From NCBI GenBank assembly GCA_036785375.1, contig JAWMAR010000010.1, positions 6,448,001 through 6,512,000 of the forward strand: a stretch of 64,000 bases of DNA. Direction: 5' to 3'. The position numbers and the translations under genes were made by a program. This document shows positions 10,818 through 22,206 of this stretch, piece after piece (position 1 is the stretch's first letter; every line of letters begins with the position of its first letter). The notes under the pieces were generated by a model, which made no database searches, was not told the DNA's origin, and was given only the letters and a program-made list of their open reading frames with translations. This stretch comes from Leucoraja ocellata (lineage: Eukaryota).

Positions 10818-11645
10818 TGACAGGAGGAGGAATACAGGAACTTGACCAGTTCCTTTTGTGCCTGGAGTGAAGAGAACTGTCTCATCCTGAACACAACTAA
10901 GACTAAAGAGATGGTGGTTAACTTTGGAAGGTCCAAGCTCCCCCTTCAGCCGGTCAACGCTGCTGGGGCTGACATTGAGGTGGTGCAGATATATAAATAC
11001 CTTGGAGTGCACCTTGATAACAAACTGGACTGGTCTATCAACTCTGACTCCCTCTACAAAAAAGGTCAGAGCAGACTCTCTTTCCTCAGAAGGCTCAAAT
11101 CCTTCAATGTGTGTAGTGATATGCTGCACATGTTTTACAACTCTGTGGTTGCAAGTGTCATTTTCGACGCTGTTGTCTGCTGGGGCAACAACATTAGTGA
11201 AAAAAACAACAAGAAGCTGGTCAATCTGGTTAAACGAGCTAGCTCAGTGCTGGAGGGGAGAGTAGACTCTGGGATGGATGTGCTTGAGAGGCGTATGAGG
11301 CACAAAGTGCAGGTCATCCTGAAAAACCCCGGGCATCCCCTCCATGTCATTCTGGAGAGTCAAAAGAGCACTCGGAACAACAACCGGCCCCCCTCCCTGC
11401 CCTGCAGAACGGAGCAGTTCAGGAGATCCTTCACCCCTGCAGCCATTAGATTTTATAATTCGGACCGCTAGGCTGTAGGGGGATGCATTTTTGCAATTTT
11501 TAATTTTTAATTGTTAATTATTGGTCTTTTTAAGTATTTATTGCTCTCAGGTAGTGTCCACAGTGTATTCTATGTATTTTCTGTCTGCGTTCGTTTTGAA
11601 TCTGTGAGTTTGTTGGTTGGGGGCTTTTGGACATCTGAATTTCCC
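10818..11645 (+). mobile_element. 5'-truncated Rex1/Babar LINE (unit A copy)
   Basis: ORF 10842-11471 as for the mirror copy; 3' UTR ends tgaatttccc at the N-run. Confidence 0.85.
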
Positions 11646-11773
11646 NNNNNNNNNNNNNNNNNNNNNNNNNNNNNNNNNNNNNNNNNNNNNNNNNNNNNNN
11701 NNNNNNNNNNNNNNNNNNNNNNNNNNNNNNNNNNNNNNNNNNNNNNNNNNNNNNNNNNNNNNNNNNNNNNNNN
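11646..11773. other. N-run (128 nt) at the Rex/Babar 3' tail
   Basis: Flanked by tgaatttccc and tggagaattcc. Confidence 0.9.
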
Positions 11774-14584
11774 TGGAGAATTCCGTTCAAATATCCGTCC
11801 GAATCACTTCACATATTTAAATGACGACTGTGAATGGAGATGCCAGGAATGGTCTTTTGGGACAATTACTGAGGCTTGTTTTAATTGGTCTTGTTGTGTC
11901 CGCAGCAAGCGTGAAGACTGATCCATCCGAGGAAGCTGAGCAGACCAGTGTTCCGACTGCAATATAACCTGCCTCGCAATGAAGTCCGCCGATCCCACCT
12001 GCTTTTGCGGTCTGGCTGATTTTGTCGACCTTTGGTTGTCAATCATATTAATTATCCGACTCGCTTTTAATATTTGTGTAATATAATAAAATGCAGTACT
12101 TCTAGTTCAAAGGAAAGGTTCTGTACACCGAGAGGGTTTGATATCGGGAATATGCTAGTAAACAAAGTGGTGGAAATGAGATACACCAACATGTACGATA
12201 GACGTTTAGACGCATGAACAGGCACTTAATTGGGAAATAGTTGGAAGGATGGGCAAAGTGCTGCAAATTCCCAGTTGGTTAGAAGGGGATAGGGCATGAA
12301 GCGTCACCTATCCACGTCCTACAGAGTTGCTGCCTGATCCACTGACTTACGCAAGCACATCGTGTCTATCTTTGGTAAACACCGGCATCAGCAGTTCCCT
12401 CTTATTACAAGGTGGAAGGATATGGATCTAATTGAGGCCAACGGGATGCATGTACATAGACAAAGATGTTCATATCGACATGTGTGTCCGAAGGCCCAAT
12501 TTCTTCACGGTACAATTCTCTGACCCATTGACTCCAGAAGCATGTCCAAACCTCCCTGCTGTGGCAACCCCTGGAACCTGACTAATCTATTTCGAGTCCT
12601 TTGCTTTGTAGTGCTCTGCTTATAAATCTCAAATGATGCATTTAACACGTAGTGAAGACAGTCTTATTATTAATGCAGTTTGCTTAAATTAAAATATTAA
12701 CAACCTTCGAAGTAAATTTTAATGGAAGTGCGATAAATCGAAAATGCTAATTAAATTCACTTATACAATACATAACTTTAATCTTGAAATAAATATGCTG
12801 TGCATATGTATAAAACTCTCAATATATTTGAATGGGAGAGCAACATGGAACAACGTGTAAAGTGGTCATTAAATTCAGCTATACAATAATTATTTGGTTT
12901 GCTTTAATTTGATGTTTTATTTTAATACAATGACGTTCTGAATTGCTTGTAACATTTCCAAAGGACCATTCGGCCCATTGGAGCCATAGCCACATCGAGC
13001 ATTTGACTCATCTCCACTTATGTTTCTCTGTTACCTGTTATCTTGCACAAATCTCAGTCCATATCCCGCCATTCTTCAGCCAATCACCGTAGCGCTTGAT
13101 CTTGGTTTAGAGATACAGCATGGAAACTCCTTCGGTTCACAGAATCCACGTCCACCATCGATCTCCCGTTCACACGAGTCCCATGTTATCCCATGTACTC
13201 ATCCAGTCGCTATAAACTAAGTGAAATAGACAAAGGCCAATTGATCTACAGGCCCGCACGGTCTTGGGATGTGGGTAGAAGCCGGGTCTCCCGAAGAAAA
13301 TCCTCCCGGTCACAGGCAGAACAGCACAGACAGGAGCTCAGGTTGACAAGTTGATGCCTGCTTTTACAATCATGGAACATGCAAACAGGCCTTTCGGCCC
13401 CAGGTACCATGGGGATACGGAACCCCAGTGTTTAAAGGGAGCGTGGGACCCGTGGCCGGGTTAAAATAAAGGATCACACAAACCCGGGGCCTGTTTGTCA
13501 GAGGTATTACAAACATGCGCGTCTTGGTGTGTTAACAAACTTTGACCCAAAAACTAACAAAGCAAATTCCAATCTAACTCAAATCACTAATCCCGTGTAA
13601 ATCCAGTCACACATGTGCCTGTCCCAACCAGACTTTATGCTTTAGAGATATAGCGTGGATACAGGCCCTGCGGCCCATCACGTCCACGCCGACCAGTGAA
13701 CCCGGTATTAACACTACCCTGCACATCGAAGGAAACCCACGCAGTCACAGGGAGAACATACAAACTCCGTACTGACAGCACGCATAGACAGGATGGAACA
13801 TGGCGCTGTAAGGCAGCAACTCCACTGTTGCTCCACTGTGCCGCCACACACTCTTCTTCAAACTTCTGAAGATGGGTTCAGTGACATTTCCCCCTCTGTC
13901 ACTGGATCGTTCACTTTCTGTCCCATGGACCACAAGCAGCGAACATATGCGACAAAACATCCACCACAATAATTCTCAACACAGGCGTCCCACAAGGATG
14001 TATTGGTATTCCCCTACTATTCTCCCTATAGTCGCGGTTGTGCGGACAAACTCTGCTCTGGATCATCTACCGTTGTAAACCGTTGTAGGGGGACGATAAA
14101 CCGTTGTAGTGGGACGATGTCAAACAATGATGAGATGGTGTACAGGATGGAGATAGAGAGCGTAGTAAAACAAGCCCCCCCGCAATATGGACAACACAAA
14201 TGAGCGGAAGGTTTCCGACTCCACATGTCAGCTACCCACGTCGTCCACAGATGCTGCGTGAGCCGCTGGAAGTAGTTGAGGGCTTCCGGTTCCTTAGAGC
14301 GCATCGCCAATAATGTGGCCTGGACCAACCACACTGAAGCTACAGCCAAAAAGCTGATATTTTACTTCATCGGAGGCTGAAACAAGTACACCATGTCCGC
14401 AATAACAACCCACAGCTGTGGTATGAGCCTGGATGGTTCTGCTTGACATAATGCTGGAGGCTAATGCCATAGTGGTATTCAGGAGGCTTGTGGATAGGCA
14501 GGTGGGTATGCAGGCAATGGAGGGATATGAATTAAGAGCTGGCTGGTTAGAGTAGGTCTTGGCATCGTGTGCAGCACAAACATC

Positions 14585-14840
14585 TAAATCCCATTCTCCC
14601 GCCTTCTCCCCATAACCCATGACACTCGTACTAATTAGAATCTATCAATCTCCGCCTTAAATATATCAATTGAAATTCATCTAGAGGCTTTCTAGAGGTA
14701 CTTGCGTTTATTCTGATGCGAAGGCATCTGGTTCTAGTCTCTCCCACTAGCGGAAACATCCTCTCCACATCCACTCTATTCAAGTATTTCGCTATTCGGT
14801 CAGTCTCAATGAAGTACCCCCTCATCCTTCTAGACTTCCC
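14585..14840 (-). mobile_element. Degraded CR1 3' fragment
   Basis: ORF 14631-14825(-) has LNRVDVERMFPLVGETRTR, matching the CR1 ORF2 C-terminus. Confidence 0.65.
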
Positions 14841-15269
14841 GTTTCCTATTTACCCGCTGTTTTCAGATTATTGAACGATTGTCCCACATACTAAGGTTTA
14901 GTCCCGCGACTAAGGATTAGTCCCGATCTTACAACCTAGCTTTATGTGGGCATATTATCTCGAATTGTAATCCTACAATGCTCTAAAACTATATTCTGCG
15001 CTCTGGTATATTTCTCTCCGAACGACCCATTGCATTTGTATATGGTTTGGTTTTACTTGTTTTCGATGATTTCGTTTGACTGGATAGCACACAAACAAAA
15101 AAACTATTCACGGTGTCTCGGTAGACATTACAATAAAAAACCATATCAACATCTCAATGGCCATTGTTTCTCGACCCCAGTTCTCCTGCCAACCGCCACC
15201 ACGTTTCAGCTCAATCAAAGCCCCTTCCATACTGCCCGCCATTATACTCTACCACCATACTGTCCACTA

Positions 15270-15431
15270 GTCACTGCTATCCCCCGATCGGAGGTTGCAG
15301 GTGGTTGCCGGAGGTTGGTAGTGGAAGCAGGTAGGGAGACTGACAAAAACCTCCGGGAACCTCCGGGAACCGCACGGAAACCTTGGGTGGGGCGCAAAGT
15401 CTCCAGAGGTTTCCGTTCAGGTTTCCTAAGT
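15270..15431. mobile_element. Partial non-autonomous DNA transposon (MITE-like fragment, one end only)
   Basis: Internal repeats ggaggttg and aacctccggg and an end ...gtttccgttcaggtttcctaagt; no partner TIR seen, so family unassigned. Confidence 0.35.
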
Positions 15432-16250
15432 TTGAAAAGAGAAAATGATATATAGTCTTTAACATCTAATCTCGGAGCTGCCTGCGATCACTTACCGAGT
15501 ACATGTGTTCCGATGGCGGGGCCTATGTACTTAACATAGAGAAGCCGCGGTCTCAATTAAGAAGCGGACGATTCGCGAACGCGGAGCCGCGGAGTGTGTT
15601 TGTATCATCTCCGCGCGGCGGCGGGGGGGGGGGGGGGGAGGCTTTACACAGTGCCGTCCGCTATGGCAGTTTCCAGGCTCCGACCACGGGAGAAAAACGG
15701 ATGAATATTCATTGCACTTTAACGGCTGCCATTGGAGTGAGAAATGGCTGATGTTTATGTAGAAATTAATTGGTGTATGTGAACGTGAACTTGATCTAAT
15801 TTATCTATGGTAGTAACAGTGTTATTCTCATTAACATTAAGAAGAGGTTGAAATTTTCTGAATTGAAGTCCATGCAGGCGTAATGACCATGAGATGTTTT
15901 TCTTGTAGCCTCTGCCTGACCCTCCACTTGAACTTGATCTAACTCATCAATGGACTTAGCAAAACTTATCAGAAGACTTGGAATCTGATGAAGAATATTC
16001 AGATGAAGATCAGATGTAATGTAAACAAATAAATTGGGGAAATAAATGATTATATAACGTTTTATTTTAGTGTCGATCGTTTCACTGTTTAGTTGGTCAA
16101 ATTATTTAAACAATAAGTGAATTACGTATGATCATGGCATGCTGGTGAATGACAGTGCAACAGTCCACCCACTCATCCACACATACATATACACATCCAC
16201 ACACACATATCCATCCGTACGTGCACTTCCATGCATGCACACACATACAT

Positions 16251-16251
<1 letters not shown>

Positions 16252-16293
<42 letters not shown>
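16252..16293. repeat. (CA)n microsatellite; shorter variants at ~44388-44426 and ~62744-62771
   Basis: Direct reading. Confidence 0.95.
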
Positions 16294-16297
<4 letters not shown>

Positions 16298-16299
16298 GT

Positions 16300-16340
16300 G
16301 GGCCTGATGTGCCCCGCGGGCCATATTTTGGAGACTCCTG
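16300..16340 (-). mobile_element. hAT (Charlie-like) terminal fragment
   Basis: Reverse complement reads caggagtctccaaaatatggcccgcggg, a typical CAG-start hAT terminus with the ggcccgcggg subterminal motif. Confidence 0.55.
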
Positions 16341-16529
16341 CCTTACATGAACTAAACAAAAATGTAAAGAAGTACAAACATTGATGACTTTATTATTGTG
16401 ATAAGTATAGATCTATTTAAAACAATCTAATAACTTTCTAATGTACGGACAAAGTCTACCTTCCCAAGTGGCGTATCTTGTTCCGCTCCATGTCTGTGCC
16501 GCCGCTGCTGAAACTAGCTAACGTGGAGG

Positions 16530-17083
16530 GAGAGTGAGGTAGCGTCAATTACGTCAATACGTAATTGACGGTCGCTCTTCCTCCACTGGGCTCAAGACAC
16601 GCCCCCTTGTGAGGCAGATGTGATCGCTGCCTCCCCTGGAGCTTTGTCAATGCAGATTTATGTGAGACCAGCGAGCACAAATTTAATATCTTTATATGTG
16701 AAATACGTTACATGGACTATAGAAGGTAAGGACATGTAATGAAGGGGTTTACAAACATTACTTTTGTGACATGCATGGAGATGGTAACAGGCACACGCTT
16801 ATTGCCCGCGCTCCATGCAGTTTCTAAGGGGTAGCGCAATCAGTTTGCCGCTGCCTCACCTCCCATCTCTCCATGTATTTGCAGCGGAGCTGCGCAAATT
16901 TGGCGATTTTTACTATAAAAAAAGATTATATTAATATAGAAATGACATTTATAACAGTGGAAAAATCTTTAAATTTATTTTATTTTATTATTATTTTTCT
17001 TTACTTTACTTAACAGCTATTTTCATTGGGAGTATGACAAGTGAGGCTCTGCCTCCCTTGCCTCCCCTGTGGGCACGTCCCTG
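16530..17083 (-). mobile_element. hAT-like DNA transposon remnant
   Basis: Reverse-complement terminus cagggacgtgcccacaggggaggcaagggaggcagagcctca and recurrent gaggca/tgcctc subterminal motifs; the other end is not defined. Confidence 0.45.
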
Positions 17084-19964
17084 AAAACAAGAAAACACGC
17101 TTAGCTAGAGTAGAAAAAGTGAAATATGGGCCGGAATGAAATCTTTCAATAATCTCCAAGATACCGCCCTCTGCAAAGAGCGGTGTTCGCCATCTGCTCC
17201 AAGGAGCAGACGACTGGAGCTGTCCCTGTATAGTGATCCCCGTGACACAAAACCATCTCCTCCCCACCCTACTCCGGTGTCAGAGCGATGGGGATCATTT
17301 TAGCTTGTACCCTGTGTCTCTGTATATGCCCAGAGTACGGCTCACACACTTCCACATTGTTCCGGTTTAGTGTAAATTTGTCCCAGGCTATTTTTTAAAT
17401 GAACTTGAATCACCATCCGAGTTCAGTTGCTCGCCTCTGATGCCCATTCATCTCTCCCAGTGTATAATCGCCAGGCGTCTTCAGGCAATCGGTGACCCAG
17501 AGTCCGACAGGGGTGACCGGGCAGTGTGTCAGCCCTTTACGATCTCCTGCCACTTTCGGATTTGTTCGCTAAGTTCATACCGTTTTAACTCTGGACCCGT
17601 GTTCTAACAGACCCAGCCCGTGGAAGAGCTGCAGCGGATCATCGTGGGGGGACCGTGTGTCGTATCGACCAATAAAGCGGACATGACCTCTACGCTGGAA
17701 ATTCGGGACATGAGAGTTTGTGATTGCGCCAACTATCAATGTCAAGTTGCAGATAACTGGACCGTATGGGGTTTGGATATGCACATTGGAATGGAAGGGC
17801 GCATTTAAACGCTATATGATCAGAATCGGCCATCAGAATTAAAGGATTGTTGTACAGGTATTAGTAACCTTGCTATCAAGTTCAATTTCATTGTAATTTT
17901 CTCTTTCTAAGTTATTTAACTGCCGTTTGGTTCGGACTTTCCTGATATTAACCGTGTCTAAACCATTTTATTAACCCATTGAGAGCTCCGTTCCTCAATG
18001 GGAACAAAATCATCCACTAGGCGTTTGGGAAACACGGAATATTATTTGTTCTTCTGAAGCACTGGAATAATTGGGCAGCGTTTCCTGTTGCTTTCCGGGT
18101 AAAATGGGGTGAGGACTTTCTTTTACCGGGCTGGATCACTGTGTATGACTGCCATGCTTACTATAGAAATGGAGCGGGGGCAAGCATGATTTTCACGCCG
18201 GAAAGCATCCTAAAAGCGCTCTTTATATCCATTGCCCAGGAATAATCAGTGTAGTCGAAAATTGGGATCGTGTGACATCAATGTCCGTGTAAGTGAAGCA
18301 ACCCCAATTTCTAAATTCATCTTGAACAATGGCCCATGGCAGAGGGCGACAGGTCTGGTGTGAGATCCGAGACAGCAGACTGGTGCACTTCTGAATCAGA
18401 AGGGTTGTGGATTTTGATGGACAATAAATGACAGACTTGTCAGCCATGCACGCATACCAGTAAATGGATAACATAAACGGAGCACCAGAGTGTTGGGGTG
18501 CACACTGATGTGCGTCGCAAGTGTTAATGAACAGAAAATGATGGGCTTATACGAGTTCCCCAGATGGGGTTGTTTGGGGAACGGGGAAGACATACCGACT
18601 CTGAACGTTCTCAAATCCAAGAGATTTCTGATGTGAGGGGTGTCCAATGCGGAACGGTTTTAGGATGGGTCCACGTGCTCTATGAGTGTGAGAATACCAG
18701 ATGCAATCTCTTTATTGTTTACAATCCACAGAGCAAAGTTGATAGGGCAGACGCTGAGCTGTGCGTTAGTCGGAAATCCCCGCGAAAACAGCACAGACTC
18801 AAAGCAACCGACAACTGAGTGCGGGAATAGTTTTCAGGAGGGGAAAATATGAACTGTAGGAAGCGAGAGGCGAGGGGGGATGTACAACGGGATCTGAGGG
18901 ACCTTGTTCATCAGTCAATGAAAGTAAGCATGCAGGTACAACAGGCAGTGAAGAAAGCGAATGGCGCGTTGGTCTTCGTAACAAGAGAAGTTGAGTACAA
19001 TACTTAAATACTTCAACAATAAGAACAAACGTTTCCTGACATTTGTAGCGAACAGAATCTCTGTTTGATCGGACATGGGGGTAGAAGTGTCATCCTGTCA
19101 AAACTTTGGACTTTTGTGTTTTGGACTATATACTGGGTATCATGCCTGATGTTAAGGGTTTTAAGCGTACAGTACTAAGAATAAGAATAACGTTTTAATA
19201 AGACGAATAACCAAGTTATGCTTGCTTCTAGAACGCGAAGGTGAAGATGGAAGAATAGCTAAAGAATTCTGAATGCTGATATATCATGGATGCTATTTTT
19301 TGATTTTTGAAATATGTTAATGTTTTATTGCTACCTTTTCAAATATATTGCTACCTTTTTTAATAAATTTTATTAATTGCCTCGTTATATACTCAGAACA
19401 ATTAGGGACCGATATGTAGTAGTCATTTAGCTAAACTCAGTATGTTATAACTAGAATTAGTTACCTTTAACTTTTATCTGCCTGTGTGGGTGGGGTTTTT
19501 CACGGTTGGAGCGGTGTTTGCGGCTGGGAATCTGGCACAGACGTTATAGTAATTATAGTTTAGTTTAGTTTTAAGAAGCATGGGAAGAGGTCACAGTTTG
19601 AACCATGCACGAGTTCCACCATGCGCGAATTTGACAACGAGTAAGATCAAAATGTATTTAAACAAGAAGACATGGATGAATATCTACTGTTTTACTACTG
19701 CAATAAAGGAACTATTAATTAAGAGGCTGTGTTTGGGAGATTTATCATTCAACGGCATTAAATATATCGTGGAGCGCTCACCAATGCGTTTCGATTATCC
19801 CCTGAATCCCTGGCTTCAATCAAAGTGACTACAGTAAATATGACCACTCAGAAGAGCGTTTCTACTTCATTTTTCAACGGGGCCTACTAGAAACACCTGG
19901 AACGAAAAGGAAAATGGGTAGATTAGGTCAGTGTATGGGAACTGTAGCTCAAAGTCTCAAAAAA

Positions 19965-20100
19965 AACTAAAGATAGACACAAAAAGCTGAAAAAGGTCTC
20001 GACTCGAAACGCCACCCATTCCGTCTCTCCGGAGATGCTGCCTGTCCCTCTGAGTTATTCCAAATGTCTGTGTCTACCTTCGGTTTAAAACGGTATTTGC
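19965..20100 (+). mobile_element. Short Penelope-LTR-like repeat with a degenerate minimal hammerhead motif; absent from unit B
   Basis: ctgaaaaaggtctcgactcgaaacgccacccattccgtctctccggagatgctgcctgtccc; related, more decayed copies at ~1590-1700 and ~12280-12390. Confidence 0.45.
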
Positions 20101-20468
20101 AATTCTTCATACACACTCCACATCAATGATTTCATCGTATCGTGCGTTGTGACTGATATTTTGTCCGACCTTTCGACAGCTGCAACCTCGTGGAACATAT
20201 TTACATTTCGAAATATTATTAGCAAACCTACTTTACAGTTGGTTTGTTCCGTTCGTGATGAATTGGTACATGTGCAATGAACGACTACCCTCGTGATTGT
20301 TGTCGTATAACATCACACGGGAGCAAAATCCGTAATGAATGTCCACAGGGAGGTAATCTCAATAACTCGTTAATCTTTTCCTTGGCTTATAAATGTTCAG
20401 TGGTTTAACCTCCCACTATAACATCTGTAAGCTTTGTACTTCGTTTGCGAGGTCGCTGTGAAGGAGAA

Positions 20469-20538
20469 ATGGGTCGCCTGCAACACTTGCCGGTTGAATA
20501 TTACTATTACCCAATCCTGGCATCAATTGGGGTGCCGG
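20469..20538 (+). CDS. GPR139/GPR142-like GPCR, coding exon 1 (N-terminus and first half of TM1)
   Basis: ATG at 20469 gives MGRLQHLPVEYYYYPILASIGVP plus G, then donor |gtatgt (phase 1). YYPILAxIGVP is the TM1 signature of this family. Not shown in this frame in the ORF track. Confidence 0.9.
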
Positions 20539-20754
20539 GTATGTCACTTGACGGTTACATGTGGGATGGGCTGGACGACATTTGATTGGGAAACGGCAAC
20601 GATGAAAATAAAGTGAAAATACTGTGACAAAATGTGCTAAATGCTGAGTTGCACCATGGAACGGGGTTTGGGGAATAACCTGAATGTATTTATTTCATCG
20701 TTTGCCGTTTACTGGGACTGGTATAAAATTGTTCTTGTATTATTGTTTAGAGTC

Positions 20755-21090
20755 GTCGAGTCAAGAGTCAATAGTGTTTTATTGTCAAATGTCCCGGACG
20801 GGACAATGAAATTCTTAACTGCTGCTATACCTAACAGAATATGTGAATGTGTGATCATTGTATATAATGAGGAAGAAATAAAAAGTTCAATGACTAATAA
20901 ATATAGTGCACATAGCAAATAATAATATAGTATTTTGCTGTTCAGAGCTCACAGCTTATTCGTTGCGTTTAATAGCCTGATGGCCGTGGGTAAATAGCTG
21001 TTGCTAAACCTGGACGTTACAGTCTTCAGGCGCCTTTAACTTCTGCCTGATGGCAGTGGTGAGATAAGTGTGTGGCTAGGATGGTGTTTC
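20755..21090 (-). mobile_element. Old LINE (Rex/L2-type) 3' end inside the GPCR intron
   Basis: gagtcaagagtc tail repeats next to tttattgtc (reverse-strand AATAAA) and cttctgcctgatggcag-type ORF2-end remnants. Confidence 0.5.
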
Positions 21091-21295
21091 TCTGTTGATT
21101 CATTCACTGTTAGGTGGAATGTTTATTCGTGAGCGTAGTGTCAGGGATCGCATTCAAAACAAAGGAATCCCCGTCCATCACATCCATTTCACAATTTTAG
21201 GAAAGTAATCAAAATATTAATATACAGCCACCCATCACTCAACTGGAAGTTATTCTGTCCATATAATCACCATTGCTTCTTTCTTACTCCATTAG

Positions 21296-22206
21296 TGAAT
21301 CTACTGGCGATTGTGGTCCTGTCCCGAGGAAAGTGCGGTCTCTCCAAATGCATCACTCGTTATCTGGTGGCTATGGCGACGGCGGACCTCACGGTGATTG
21401 TCTGCGAAGTGATTTTAAATCGGATTGTAGTTCTTTATTGGCGGAACACAATCCTGTTCTACACTCCTGTGTGCAGGTGTATTCTCTTCCTGTCCGCAGC
21501 GGCCGTAGACTGTTCCGTGTGGTTCACGGTCGCTTTCACATTTGATAGGTTTGTGGCCATCTCCAAACCGAATCTGAGATCCAGATACTGCACCGAAAGA
21601 ACCGCGGCGGTGGTTATGGTGACCCTATGTGCCTTCTTCTGTTTACAGAACGTTCCCTGGCCTTTCGCTTATAATTCTTTCGACAGGTGGAATGGTTTAC
21701 TGTGGGGCTGCCGAATCCGATCGGACTTCTATTACCTGCCCGCATGGATCGCATTTTCTTGGATTGAGCCGCTGTTGACCCCAGTGATTCCATTCTGTTT
21801 GATTTTGTTCTTTAATGCGCACACGGCGAGACGTATTTTAATGGCCAATCGGGTCCGCAGGAGGCTCCGCGATCTCAGTCGTGGAGACCCGGAGACAGAA
21901 AGCCGTAAACGGTCAATAATTTTACTCTTTGCAATTTCCAGCAGCTTCATCCTGCTCTGGGTCACAACTGTATCTCATTTTGTTTACTATCAATGTGTCA
22001 ACGGATTTTGGGGGCGAGGTTTGTCAAACGCATTTGCAAAATTTGAAAAAATTGGAGTTCTGCTGCAGCTGCTGAACACGTGTACAAACACACTGATTTA
22101 CACCGTCACCCAGGGGAAGTTCAGAGAGCAGCTCCTTCACGCACTTCAATGGCCCGTCGCGTTAATTGGAAAGTTAGTGAAACCTATCAAATGGTGTTTA
22201 AAATGA
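21296..22206 (+). CDS. Probable G-protein-coupled receptor 139-like (class A 7TM), coding exon 2; spliced protein 326 aa, intact
   Basis: Acceptor ttgcttctttcttactccattag| at 21295; the G+TG junction gives GVPVNLLAIVVLSRGKCGLSKCITRYLVAMATADL. TM3 FTFDRFVAI, ECL2 Cys, TM7 NTCTNTLIY; 70+911=981 nt. Confidence 0.93.

Larger units (their letters stand above)
8860..13976 (+). repeat. Right arm of the inverted duplication; overlaps the start of duplicon unit A
   Basis: Reverse complement of 1-5138. Confidence 0.97.

Noticed and set aside
14946-15455. 169-aa ORF
   Set aside because: Crosses several repeat fragments, is frameshifted in unit B and deleted in unit C.
16106-16384. ORFs with CVCV/THTH repeats (also 44299-44511)
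   Set aside because: Translations of a (CA)n microsatellite.
21295-21297. GTG start codon of a single-exon GPCR
   Set aside because: The G belongs to the intron AG; the true ATG is in the exon at 20469.
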